The position numbers and the translations under genes are program-made. DNA of 32,000 nt, taken from contig NC_017856.1 in assembly GCF_000260965.1 (NCBI RefSeq), positions 1,260,001 through 1,292,000 on the forward strand. The letters are read 5' to 3'. The notes under the pieces are model-generated. The model had not been told where the DNA came from, did no database searches, and was given only the letters and a program-made list of their open reading frames with translations. Origin of the DNA: Methylophaga frappieri. Its GTDB lineage: Bacteria; Pseudomonadota; Gammaproteobacteria; Nitrosococcales; Methylophagaceae. Below, in pieces: positions 16,709-25,558 of this stretch; within the stretch, counting starts at the first letter, position 1; each line of letters starts with the position of its first letter.

Positions 16709-19543
16709 TTAGCCGGTATTCCGCATTCCTTGTGAAATGGCACTAATCGTCCGCAGCAATGTATCTCTGAGCACAGCCATGTCTTGACCATCTGTCTCCG
16801 CCAATCGATACCGTCGTAACAACATGACCTGAATATGATTGAGCGGGTCCAGATACGGGCTGCGACGTCGTAATGACAATGCCAAAACCGGATTTTCTAC
16901 CATCAGCTTGTCAGCCTCAACCAGTGATAAAACCTGATTAATGGTTTGTTCATATTCATTTCGAATAATGGACAACACGTCGAGTGCTGGCAATGATTGT
17001 TCACAGAGCATGGCATATTGCTGTGCGATGCCCATATCGGCCTTTGCCAAGGACATTTGCGTATTACTCAGTAAGGCTTTGAAAAAAGGCCAATCGCGAC
17101 TCATCTGCTGCAATGTTTGCTGCGCCTCGGGGTGAGCCTGAAGCCATTGACTAATCGCTGTACCAATGCCGTACCAGGCAGGTAACGTGTGTCGCGATTG
17201 TGCCCACGCAAACACCCAGCCAATTGCGCGTACAGAGGATTTTGATCTATCGCCCGCCTTGCGATGAGACGGTCTTGAACCAATATTCATTAAGCCGATT
17301 TCGGTAATTGGGCAAGCTTCGTAAAAGTAATCCAGAAAATACGGTGTCTGTTCCGTCAACTGACGATATTGTTGCTCGCCAAGGCTTGCCAGTTCGCGCA
17401 TAACGTCATGATATGCTGCAGGTTCACTTTTTGCCTGCGTGACAAGGCTTCGACTTGCTTTAAGCAAGGCAGAGACGCCCATACCCAGCTCATAGGCGGC
17501 CGTTTCCGTATTACCATATTTGAAAGACAACACCTCGCCCTGTTCAGTGAATTTAATTTGTCCCTGAACTGTGCCCGGTGGCTGCGCCAGAATCGCGTCA
17601 TGTGTCGGGCCTCCACCACGACCGACGGTACCACCTCGCCCGTGAAACATACGACAGGCAATGCCATACTTTTTCGACAACTCACCGACTTTTTGTTGTG
17701 CCTGATACAAGTGCCAGACAGAGGCTAGAATCCCGCCATCCTTACAGGAATCGGAATAGCCCAGCATGATTTCCTGACGGTTACCACTCAGCATCAACCG
17801 GTTGCGGTAAACCGGATTCTCGAACAATGCCGTCATCACCGGTTCAATATGAGCAAGGTCAACAACTGTCTCAAACAACGGTGCAATGTAAATATGACAA
17901 TATTGACCTTGCTCATTTTCACCAACCAGTCCCGCAAATCGTGCCAAAAGCATGACTTCCAATATATGACTGGCCGCATGAGTCATTGAAATCACGTAAT
18001 GCCCAAAGGCTTTATCACTGACGTCATGACGTAATCTCGCCATCAATCGCATCACCGCCAATACTTCGTCAGTTTCTGGCTGCAAATCCCCATAAATTTC
18101 CGGTAATTGTTGCTGGTCGATGAGTTCCGACAACATGGTCATTCGCTGCGCCTCAGACAATGCCTCATAATCTCGACATAAGCCTGTATTTGCCAACACC
18201 TCGGCTACTGCTTGCGTATGTCTTGTCGACTCTTGGCGCACATCCAGATGATACAGATAAAAACCAAAAGTCTCGGTAAGCCGGATCAAGTCGGTCAGAT
18301 CCGTGGCGGCGATCATCGTATCGCCATTAGCTTGCAATGACTGTTTCAGCAACTTCAGATCTGCCAAAAACGCCTGCTCATTTTCGTAGGCAGTCCCGAG
18401 TGAAGAAACTTGCTGTTCTGGACGAAAATAGTGCTGCAACAGCCTCAGGTTATCTTCCAGCCGATGTCGCATCATATATAGCTTACGACGGTAAGGCTCA
18501 TTGATAAAACGCTGCGCATTGGTATTAAAAGCACTGCCAAATCTCTGTTCGCTATCAGCCAGATCGGCCGCAAATTCGTTACTGACCGCACACAGTGGTT
18601 GTGACTGCGTCAATGAAAACATTAACTTGGTAACGTCATCCAGATAACGGCGCAGTATCGCCCTTTTTTGCAACATGACAGCCATTTCAGTGGTCTGGGC
18701 CGTGACATAAGGATTGCCATCCCTATCACCGCCGATCCACGAACCAAACTGAATATAATGGGGAATATGAAACGGCGTGCCCGCGTCAACTTCGTCTGCG
18801 TAGACACGACGGATAGCATTCTCCAGATTTCGATAACTACGTGGCACCGCGTCAAACAAACTGACATTAAAGTAATAGAGTCCGTTTTTCACTTCATCGC
18901 GCACGGTAGGTTTAACTGCACGAACCTCATCGGTTGCCCATAGTAACTGGATCTGCTGTTTTAACTGGCGCCGAATCTGTTGTTCGTCGTAAGACGTTAA
19001 ATCCGGGCTGGTGAGTTGTTCATCCAGCAAAAACACGCGACGCAGAATTTCCATCACTGTCCGACGCTTTGATTCGGTCGGATGTGCTGTAAAAACGGGC
19101 ATATAAACTAACTGATCCAGCATCGCTTGCAGTTGCGTGAGTGTCACGCCTTCAGCCTTTAGCTGGGTTAACGTGTCATGATAAGAGCCATGCCACAAGT
19201 TACCGCCATTACGGAGCTGCAACATCCGATTATGATGATGAAAGGCCTCTTCAGCCGTATTAACCAAACTAAAATATAAGTTAAACGCCCGAATAACTTC
19301 ACGAACTGTGAGAGGATCCAGCTCACCTAACTGCGCCATCAATTGGTTACGTAGCAGCGGATCATCTTGCTTGCGAAGTCGAATAAAGCCTTTACGGAGT
19401 TGTTCTACTGTCTCGAATACCGCTTGTCCAGAACGTTCTACGATAACCTCGCCAAGCAAATCGCCCAGAAAGCGGACGTGACGACGTAAATCAGCATCTT
19501 CAAGCAAGTTTAAGGACTCGCCTCGCGAAAATTGGCTTTCCAT
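16709..19543 (-). CDS. ppc: Phosphoenolpyruvate carboxylase
   Basis: VFTAHPTE, GYSDSCKDGG, FHGRGGTVGRGGGP and the C-terminal MRNTG are PEPC signatures. The start is trimmed to the ATG at 19543 (MESQFSRGESLNLLEDADLRRHVRFLGDLLGEVI). The ORF-track extension to 19651 would overlap the glgA 3' end. Confidence 0.93.
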   Translation of the reverse strand: MESQFSRGESLNLLEDADLRRHVRFLGDLLGEVIVERSGQAVFETVEQLRKGFIRLRKQDDPLLRNQLMAQLGELDPLTVREVIRAFNLYFSLVNTAEEAFHHHNRMLQLRNGGNLWHGSYHDTLTQLKAEGVTLTQLQAMLDQLVYMPVFTAHPTESKRRTVMEILRRVFLLDEQLTSPDLTSYDEQQIRRQLKQQIQLLWATDEVRAVKPTVRDEVKNGLYYFNVSLFDAVPRSYRNLENAIRRVYADEVDAGTPFHIPHYIQFGSWIGGDRDGNPYVTAQTTEMAVMLQKRAILRRYLDDVTKLMFSLTQSQPLCAVSNEFAADLADSEQRFGSAFNTNAQRFINEPYRRKLYMMRHRLEDNLRLLQHYFRPEQQVSSLGTAYENEQAFLADLKLLKQSLQANGDTMIAATDLTDLIRLTETFGFYLYHLDVRQESTRHTQAVAEVLANTGLCRDYEALSEAQRMTMLSELIDQQQLPEIYGDLQPETDEVLAVMRLMARLRHDVSDKAFGHYVISMTHAASHILEVMLLARFAGLVGENEQGQYCHIYIAPLFETVVDLAHIEPVMTALFENPVYRNRLMLSGNRQEIMLGYSDSCKDGGILASVWHLYQAQQKVGELSKKYGIACRMFHGRGGTVGRGGGPTHDAILAQPPGTVQGQIKFTEQGEVLSFKYGNTETAAYELGMGVSALLKASRSLVTQAKSEPAAYHDVMRELASLGEQQYRQLTEQTPYFLDYFYEACPITEIGLMNIGSRPSHRKAGDRSKSSVRAIGWVFAWAQSRHTLPAWYGIGTAISQWLQAHPEAQQTLQQMSRDWPFFKALLSNTQMSLAKADMGIAQQYAMLCEQSLPALDVLSIIRNEYEQTINQVLSLVEADKLMVENPVLALSLRRRSPYLDPLNHIQVMLLRRYRLAETDGQDMAVLRDTLLRTISAISQGMRNTG

Positions 19544-19557
19544 CAATTCAGCCTTTA

Positions 19558-21012
19558 TTAATTGATTTTTTGATAGAGGTTGACGTATTGCGCGGCACTG
19601 CTCGCCCAGCTCACATCTTGTAACATGGCGGTTAGCATGACACGACGCCACAGTCGCGGATGGTCATAGAGATCCATCACCCTGCGCAACGTTGCGGTAA
19701 GGTCTGATACCGTCGTACCAGCAAAAACAAACCCGGTGGCGGTATGATTTTTTCGATTTTCGTCACTGGCATCAATGACCGTATCGGCCAAGCCACCCGT
19801 TTTTCTCACTATTGGTAGCGTACCATAGCGCAGACTGTATAGCTGATTCAGGCCACATGGCTCAAACCGTGATGGCATCAAAAACGCATCCGCACCGGCT
19901 TCTATCTGATGTGCTAACGCTTCGTTATAACCAATCTGCAAAGCAACCTTATCCGGATAGTGCGCTCGTAATTCCTGCAATGCAAATTCCAATTCTGGTT
20001 GCCCTGCGCCCAGACAAACCAGCTGTATATCCGCTTGTTCTTCCAATAGTGTCCGGATCGCGGCAATCGAGTGATCAATTCCTTTTTGCTCTACCAGACG
20101 ACTAATAAGGCCTATCAGCAAGGTCTTTGGCGATACTGGCAATCCGCAATCTTGTTGGAGTGCTGATTTGTTGGCCGCTTTAAGACGGATTTTCGCAGCA
20201 GAATAAGGTTGATTAATCGCACTGTCCGTCGCCGGATTCCACTGCTCCGTATCAATACCATTGACAATCCCGGTCAATTCACCCTGCTCATAGCGCCAAG
20301 CCAACAGGCCAGCCAGACCATAGCCAAATTCAGGCGTACAAATTTCCTGTGCATAAGTAGGGCTGACCGTGGTCAACTGATCTGCATACGCCAGTCCGCC
20401 TTTCATAAACGACCACTGCCCCCAGTATTCGAGCCCTTCCATTCGCCACAGCACATCAGGTAAATCCAGCCGGTCAAAAACCTGCCGATCAAAAATGCCC
20501 TGATAAGCCAGATTATGAATGGTAAATACCGTTTTAGGGCGTTGCGACTGCAAGCTCAGCAGTGCCGGAATCAGGCCTGTTTGCCAGTCATGACAATGCA
20601 CAATATCGGGCTGCCAATGCAAGCCGGCCTGATTTAAGGCAATCGCTACAACCACACGACAAAACAACGTAAATCGAGCCGGATTGTCCGGCCAGTCGCC
20701 ATCACGATTGCCGTAGGGGCCGCCATCCCTATCAAAAAAGTCGGGCGCGTCAACTAACCAAAAACATACCGAAGTACCGGGCAAGGTCGCCTGTAAAATC
20801 CGGACAGGTTCACCATAGCCATTCACATTTATTTCTGCGACGGTTTCAGCCTTTTTTAGCTGACTTACTGCACTGCGATAGGCAGGCATAATAATACGGA
20901 CATCTTGGTGATTTTCAGCCAGCGCCGCTGGCAAGCTGGCTGAGACGTCTGCCAATCCCCCCGTTTTGACAAGTGGGGCGACTTCACTACTGGCAAACAG
21001 AATTTTTCGCAC
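19558..21012 (-). CDS. glgA: Glycogen (starch) synthase, ADP-glucose type
   Basis: N-terminal [20 protein letters not shown] (KTGGL motif) with GT5/GT1 architecture ([31 protein letters not shown]). The most likely start is the GTG at 21012, preceded by GGAG-N6. The TTG at 21042 is an unsupported extension. Confidence 0.9.
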   Translation of the reverse strand: MRKILFASSEVAPLVKTGGLADVSASLPAALAENHQDVRIIMPAYRSAVSQLKKAETVAEINVNGYGEPVRILQATLPGTSVCFWLVDAPDFFDRDGGPYGNRDGDWPDNPARFTLFCRVVVAIALNQAGLHWQPDIVHCHDWQTGLIPALLSLQSQRPKTVFTIHNLAYQGIFDRQVFDRLDLPDVLWRMEGLEYWGQWSFMKGGLAYADQLTTVSPTYAQEICTPEFGYGLAGLLAWRYEQGELTGIVNGIDTEQWNPATDSAINQPYSAAKIRLKAANKSALQQDCGLPVSPKTLLIGLISRLVEQKGIDHSIAAIRTLLEEQADIQLVCLGAGQPELEFALQELRAHYPDKVALQIGYNEALAHQIEAGADAFLMPSRFEPCGLNQLYSLRYGTLPIVRKTGGLADTVIDASDENRKNHTATGFVFAGTTVSDLTATLRRVMDLYDHPRLWRRVMLTAMLQDVSWASSAAQYVNLYQKIN

Positions 21013-21025
21013 GTTTGACTCCAAA

Positions 21026-21035
21026 ATTGTACAAT
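21026..21035. promoter_or_regulatory. Perfect 10-bp palindrome ATTGTACAAT in the glgA/zwf divergent control region (possible operator)
   Basis: Read directly. It sits 3 nt upstream of the glgA Shine-Dalgarno and 54 nt upstream of the zwf ATG. The TTGTA/TACAA half-sites are reminiscent of sugar-catabolism repressor half-sites. It is short enough to occur by chance. Confidence 0.25.
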
Positions 21036-21088
21036 CTCTCAATTATATACGCTCAAGAGCACTGTCACAGCCTGCAACGGGAGAAAAC

Positions 21089-22558
21089 ATGCAACCTTGT
21101 ACCATCATTATTTTTGGCGCCACTGGCGATTTGTCACAAAAAAAATTACTGCCGGCGTTGTATCACCTTGATGCCGAAAATCGGCTCACACCAGAAACCA
21201 AAATTGTTTGTATGGGGCGCAGAGAAAGCACCCAACAGGATTGGCACGCCAAAGTCACTGACTATATTTCTGCCAAAGCCCGTGGCGGTGTTGACAACAG
21301 TTTATTAGACCGCTTTCTTGCTCGTGTTAGTTATTTTCAAAACGATATCAACGATACGGCAAGTTATCAGGTCTTAGCGGATACCCTCAATGATTCCGCC
21401 AATGGTTTTCCTGAAAATATCGTTTTCTACCTGTCAATCAGCCCATCGCTGTTTGGTGTCGTCGGTGATCAATTATCTGCGGTCAGGCTAAACAAAGAAG
21501 ACAAAGGCTGGCGTCATCTGGTTGTTGAAAAACCGTTTGGCTACGACCAAAAAAGCGCTGCTGAACTCGAAGACACCCTGCGCCGTAATTTCACTGAACA
21601 TCAAACGTATCGTATCGATCACTATTTGGGTAAAGGCACCGTTCAGAATATTTTTGTCTTCCGTTTTGCGAATTTGTTGCTGGAGCCTTTGTGGAATCGC
21701 AACTATATCGATCACGTTCAGATCACCCACGCTGAGCAGCAAGGCGTTGGCGGTCGTGCCGGCTATTATGATACCTCTGGCGCATTACGCGATATGATTC
21801 AGAGTCACTTGTTACAAGTGATGGCGTTAGTCGCAATGGAGCCGCCAGCTGATCTGGATGATGAATCATTACGTGACGAAAAAGTGAAAGTGTTGAAAGC
21901 GATTCGCCCCATTACGGAAGATATCGTCGATCAACATGCTTATCGTGGTCAATATGCGGCAGGACAAGTGAATGGTCAGACCGTCGAGGGCTACCTGGAC
22001 GACGAAGATGTGCCCAATGACAGTGTCACTGAAACCTATGCTGCCATGAAAATTTATATTGATAATTGGCGGTGGCGCGATGTGCCGTTTTATCTGCGAA
22101 CCGGTAAATGCATGCCAGAATCAAAAGCAATGATTGCCATTCGCTTCAAAAAACCACCTCAAGAATTGTTCCGTGACACCAAAATTGGTGATAGTCATGC
22201 CAACTGGATTGTCATGGGCTTACAGCCAGACAATACGCTACGTATTGAATTACAAGCCAAACAGCCTGGACTGGAACTAAAAAACCATACGGTCGCATTG
22301 GAAACGGTCGAAAGCGATGACAATAAGCATAAACTGGATGCTTATGAAGCGCTGATTCTGGATGCTATCCAAGGTGATCGCTCCCTGTTTCTTCGTTCTG
22401 ATGAGGTTAATCTGGCTTGGCAGGTCGTTGATCCAATTTTGGAAAAATGGGCTAAAGATAAATCGCAAGTTGATACCTATGAAGCTGGTACTTGGGGCCC
22501 TGAGGGTGTTAAACAACTTCAGGATAACGATTGCCATACCTGGCGCAACAATATCTGA
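21089..22558 (+). CDS. zwf: Glucose-6-phosphate 1-dehydrogenase
   Basis: The ATG at 21089 (GGGAGA Shine-Dalgarno) gives [27 protein letters not shown], the NADP-binding GATGDL motif. YRIDHYLGK active-site motif is present. 489 aa. The ORF-track start at 20966 would overlap glgA. Confidence 0.95.
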   Translation: MQPCTIIIFGATGDLSQKKLLPALYHLDAENRLTPETKIVCMGRRESTQQDWHAKVTDYISAKARGGVDNSLLDRFLARVSYFQNDINDTASYQVLADTLNDSANGFPENIVFYLSISPSLFGVVGDQLSAVRLNKEDKGWRHLVVEKPFGYDQKSAAELEDTLRRNFTEHQTYRIDHYLGKGTVQNIFVFRFANLLLEPLWNRNYIDHVQITHAEQQGVGGRAGYYDTSGALRDMIQSHLLQVMALVAMEPPADLDDESLRDEKVKVLKAIRPITEDIVDQHAYRGQYAAGQVNGQTVEGYLDDEDVPNDSVTETYAAMKIYIDNWRWRDVPFYLRTGKCMPESKAMIAIRFKKPPQELFRDTKIGDSHANWIVMGLQPDNTLRIELQAKQPGLELKNHTVALETVESDDNKHKLDAYEALILDAIQGDRSLFLRSDEVNLAWQVVDPILEKWAKDKSQVDTYEAGTWGPEGVKQLQDNDCHTWRNNI

Positions 22559-22579
22559 TCACCTGAATTTAGCGCATCA

Positions 22580-22605
22580 AAAAAGCCGGCTTTGCCGGCT
22601 TTTTT
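22580..22605. terminator. Bidirectional rho-independent terminator between zwf and psd
   Basis: AAAAAGCCGGC-ttt-GCCGGCTTTTT. A GC-rich stem flanked by an A-run and a T-run, so it can serve both convergent genes. Confidence 0.85.
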
Positions 22606-22612
22606 ATTTGCT

Positions 22613-23515
22613 TTACTCAGTCAGTGCATCCCCTAACCGAAGTGACTGCGAAGCAACCAGTTGCGGTAACCAGACTGGCGCCGTTTTGGGCAACAGCAAG
22701 ATAACTGTTGAGCCCATATTAAACCGTCCCATCTCCGCCCCTTTTTCGAAGCTAAACACTGAAGTGTCATACAACCAATTCCTTACCTTTTTGCCATAAG
22801 GCGGCGTAATCTCACCGGACTCCCAAACGGTTTGCATACTGCCAACAAAAATAGCGCCCACTAGAATCAGTGCCATTGGTCCAAAGTCTGTCTCAAACCA
22901 ACAAATCAGTCGTTCATTACGAGCAAACAAATCCGGCACGCTTCTAACCGTACTCGGATTTACGGAAAATAACTGACCAGGCACATAGCGCATTTTCTGA
23001 AGCTGGCCTCGGCAGGGCATGTGAATACGGTGATAATCTCGGGGCGATAAATAGATTGTTGCAAACTGTCCGCCCTCAAATATTTCAGTCTCAGCGTACT
23101 GTCCTGCTAACAAAGTCTTTAAAGAGTAATCTCGCCCTTTCGCTTGAACCAAGGTCTGTCCCGTTATCGGACCAATTTGACTGATCGCACCGTCAACTGG
23201 TGACACCAACTGCGAGCTGGCAAGAGGTCTTATCTCAGGTTTGAGTTCCCGGGTAAAAAAGGCATTGAAATGTTCATACTGTGTTACGTCGGGCTCAGCA
23301 GCTTCACGCATATCAACATCATATTGACGCACAACGAATCGAATCAACGCATTTTTTAACCACGGCCAGCGACAACGACATAATCGATGCATCAATTTCG
23401 ATAAAGTGTGCTGTGGTAAGCACATTTGCAACTGACGAAAACATTTATCAGCCCATGAAATTGATGGACTATCGGCTTGTTGCTTATTGGATGTTGGCAA
23501 AATGCCCCCTTTCAT
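22613..23515 (-). CDS. psd: Phosphatidylserine decarboxylase proenzyme
   Basis: FNAFFTRELKPEIRP, IYLSPRDYHRIHMP and FNMGSTVILL (the G-S-T self-cleavage site) are present. It aligns by eye with E. coli Psd. The exact start is uncertain; 23515 gives an N-terminus about 20 aa longer than in E. coli. Confidence 0.88.
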   Translation of the reverse strand: MKGGILPTSNKQQADSPSISWADKCFRQLQMCLPQHTLSKLMHRLCRCRWPWLKNALIRFVVRQYDVDMREAAEPDVTQYEHFNAFFTRELKPEIRPLASSQLVSPVDGAISQIGPITGQTLVQAKGRDYSLKTLLAGQYAETEIFEGGQFATIYLSPRDYHRIHMPCRGQLQKMRYVPGQLFSVNPSTVRSVPDLFARNERLICWFETDFGPMALILVGAIFVGSMQTVWESGEITPPYGKKVRNWLYDTSVFSFEKGAEMGRFNMGSTVILLLPKTAPVWLPQLVASQSLRLGDALTE

Positions 23516-23577
23516 CGTGGTTTTAAGCTTGTCATAATCGGGCTTTGCCCACCCAGCTGACAGGAGTATAGCAAGCG

Positions 23578-23979
23578 ATGAGACGCCGTTTCGTGATTTG
23601 GGGAATCTTTCTTGTCAGTACGTTTCCGGTGATCGCCGCCGAGCAAGCGATTTCAGTAACGCCTTATTATGAAATTGAAGATCCTTTCACCATCAACTTT
23701 CTCAGGCAAAGTGAACAACAGGCAAAATACTTACAAATTAAAGTTGCCTTAAAATCGGACGACCCCGAGATTATAGCGCATGCAGCCACGCACTTGCCGA
23801 TGATTCAGGACAGTCTGCGTTTACTGTTTTCAGATCAGGACATGACCAAAATCAGCAGTATCGAAGGACGGCAAAGTCTCCAATCAGAAGCTTTTGATGT
23901 GATAAATGAGATATTTGTCAGTGAACTCAATAACGCTAACCTTCAGGAGATCTATTTTACGCGGTTTATCTGGCAGTAG
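23578..23979 (+). CDS. FliL-like protein (short paralogue with a minimal cytoplasmic tail)
   Basis: 133 aa. MRRRFVIWGIFLVSTFPVIAAEQ is a single N-terminal hydrophobic segment. After it, PYYEIEDPFTINFLRQSEQQAKYLQIKVALK...EIYFTRFIWQ aligns along its length with the downstream FliL (PIYHAVTDPFIVNFAKQSNNAVRFLQIKMKI...AVYFTSLVMQ). Confidence 0.7.
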   Translation: MRRRFVIWGIFLVSTFPVIAAEQAISVTPYYEIEDPFTINFLRQSEQQAKYLQIKVALKSDDPEIIAHAATHLPMIQDSLRLLFSDQDMTKISSIEGRQSLQSEAFDVINEIFVSELNNANLQEIYFTRFIWQ

Positions 23980-23980
23980 C

Positions 23981-23996
23981 AGGCACAGTTATTGCT
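23981..23996 (+). promoter_or_regulatory. Sigma-54 (RpoN) -24/-12 promoter for the fliL-fliMNOPQR-flhB operon
   Basis: AGGCACagttaTTGCT against the consensus TGGCAC-N5-TTGC(A/T). GG (23982-83) and GC (23994-95) are 12 nt apart, as required. It starts 2 nt after the FliL-like stop and lies about 30 nt upstream of the fliL ATG, with an AGGA Shine-Dalgarno between. Confidence 0.6.
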
Positions 23997-24027
23997 TTAA
24001 TGAGTTCAGCGTATAGGAATCTGACAC

Positions 24028-24534
24028 ATGGCAGAAAAAAAAGACGATATTGAAATCCAACCCGCGCAAAACAAAAAAAAGCGTTTGATTCTGCTGTTAG
24101 CAGTCGGCGTCTTAGTTGCCTTAATTGTGGGTGGTTTAGCGTTCTGGTTGTTGGCCGGAGATCAAGCCACTTCGGATGAAACAGCGGTTGCTGAGACACA
24201 AAAAGCGGATCCCATTTACCATGCGGTCACCGACCCCTTCATTGTTAACTTTGCAAAACAAAGTAATAACGCGGTGCGCTTTTTACAGATAAAAATGAAG
24301 ATAATGGCGCGAAATCAACAGGCAATCTCAGACTTTAAAACCCATGAGCCAGCTATCGTTCATGAGTTGTTGCTGTTATTTTTTAGTCAAAATTATGACG
24401 ATCTGAATACCAGTGAAGGCACACGTGCCTTGCAAACTGAAACATTACAGGTTGTGAACCAGCAACTGGCCAACCTTGCTGGTAATCAGGATGGAATAGA
24501 AGCCGTTTACTTCACTAGCCTGGTGATGCAATAA
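24028..24534 (+). CDS. fliL: Flagellar basal-body-associated protein FliL
   Basis: 168 aa with a Lys-rich cytoplasmic N-terminus, one TM segment (LILLLAVGVLVALIVGGLAFWLL) and a FliL periplasmic domain. Located immediately upstream of fliM. Confidence 0.88.
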   Translation: MAEKKDDIEIQPAQNKKKRLILLLAVGVLVALIVGGLAFWLLAGDQATSDETAVAETQKADPIYHAVTDPFIVNFAKQSNNAVRFLQIKMKIMARNQQAISDFKTHEPAIVHELLLLFFSQNYDDLNTSEGTRALQTETLQVVNQQLANLAGNQDGIEAVYFTSLVMQ

Positions 24535-24535
24535 C

Positions 24536-25558
24536 ATGGCTGTCCACGATATTTTATCTCAGGATGAGGTCGATGCCCTGCTTAATGGATTGGGTGACGG
24601 TGATTTGGATACGCAACAGCCGGAGTTAGATGATAGAGGCCATCCACGCCGCTATGACTTTGGCAATGAAGAGCGCATCATCCGTGGCCGCATGCCCACG
24701 TTGGAAATGATCAACGAAAGATTTGGCCGTTATCTGCGTATCAACCTTTTCAATATGTTACGTCGCTCAGCCGAAATATCGGTCGGTGGCGTTCAAGTAA
24801 TGAAGTTTTCAGAGTATGTTCACACGTTGTTTGTGCCTACCAGCCTGAACTTGATTCATCTTCAACCGCTCCGTGGCACTGGCCTGATTGTTTTCGAACC
24901 CAAACTGGTGTTCACGTTACTCGATAATTACTTTGGTGGAGAAGGTCGATTTCCAGCGCGTATCGAGGGCCGTGAATTTACCGCGACAGAGTTGCGCGTG
25001 ATTCGCATGGTACTCAATCTGTGCTTTGCTGATCTGACTGAAGCCTGGGCACCGGTCATGCCAGTTTCTTTTGAATTTTTGAATCACGAGGTAAATCCAC
25101 AATTCGCCAACATTGTCAGTCCCAGTGAGGTTGTGGTGATTTCAACCTTCCACATTGAGCTGGATGGCGGCGGCGGTGATTTACATGTCACGTTGCCCTA
25201 CGCCATGCTGGAACCGATTCGGGAGTTACTCGATACCGGGCTCCAGAGTGATCGCAGCGGCGATGATGGCCGTTGGAGCAAATCCATGCGTGAGGAGCTC
25301 ATGCAGGCAGATGTGCAATTATCAGCTATTCTGGCTAAAGCACGGTTAACACTTGGACAAATTCGTCAACTCAAAGCAGGCGACATCATTCCTATCGAGA
25401 TGCCCAAAGAAGTGACTGCACTGGTTGAAGACGTGCCGATGTTCCGTACTCAATTTGGCGAACATAACGATAAAGCCGCGTTAAAAATAACCGGATTTGT
25501 CGAGCATCCTAAAGAAAACACACCGCAATACCCGATGAAAAAGGTCACAAAATCATGA
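24536..25558 (+). CDS. fliM: Flagellar motor switch protein FliM
   Basis: 340 aa. N-terminal LSQDEVDALLNG (the CheY-P binding motif), a middle domain and a C-terminal SpoA-like domain (LKAGDIIPIE). Confidence 0.95.
   Translation: MAVHDILSQDEVDALLNGLGDGDLDTQQPELDDRGHPRRYDFGNEERIIRGRMPTLEMINERFGRYLRINLFNMLRRSAEISVGGVQVMKFSEYVHTLFVPTSLNLIHLQPLRGTGLIVFEPKLVFTLLDNYFGGEGRFPARIEGREFTATELRVIRMVLNLCFADLTEAWAPVMPVSFEFLNHEVNPQFANIVSPSEVVVISTFHIELDGGGGDLHVTLPYAMLEPIRELLDTGLQSDRSGDDGRWSKSMREELMQADVQLSAILAKARLTLGQIRQLKAGDIIPIEMPKEVTALVEDVPMFRTQFGEHNDKAALKITGFVEHPKENTPQYPMKKVTKS

Noticed and set aside
17356-17728. 109-aa (-) and 119-aa (+) ORFs inside ppc
   Set aside because: They are out-of-frame or antisense to PEPC, with no motifs. 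PEPC signatures are continuous through this region.
19544-19651. 36-codon N-terminal extension of ppc overlapping the glgA 3' end
   Set aside because: The Cys/Arg/His-rich extension is not PEPC-like. The ATG at 19543 gives a typical PEPC N-terminus and a clean 14-nt gap after glgA.
20966-21088. 41-codon extension of zwf, and the 10-codon TTG extension of glgA (21013-21042)
   Set aside because: The two extensions would overlap each other on opposite strands and remove the divergent promoter region. Both genes have internal starts with proper Shine-Dalgarno sequences and canonical family N-termini.
22362-22799. 145-aa plus-strand ORF running from the zwf 3' end across the terminator into antisense psd
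   Set aside because: It crosses a strong bidirectional terminator and overlaps two confident genes, so it is implausible as a coding unit.
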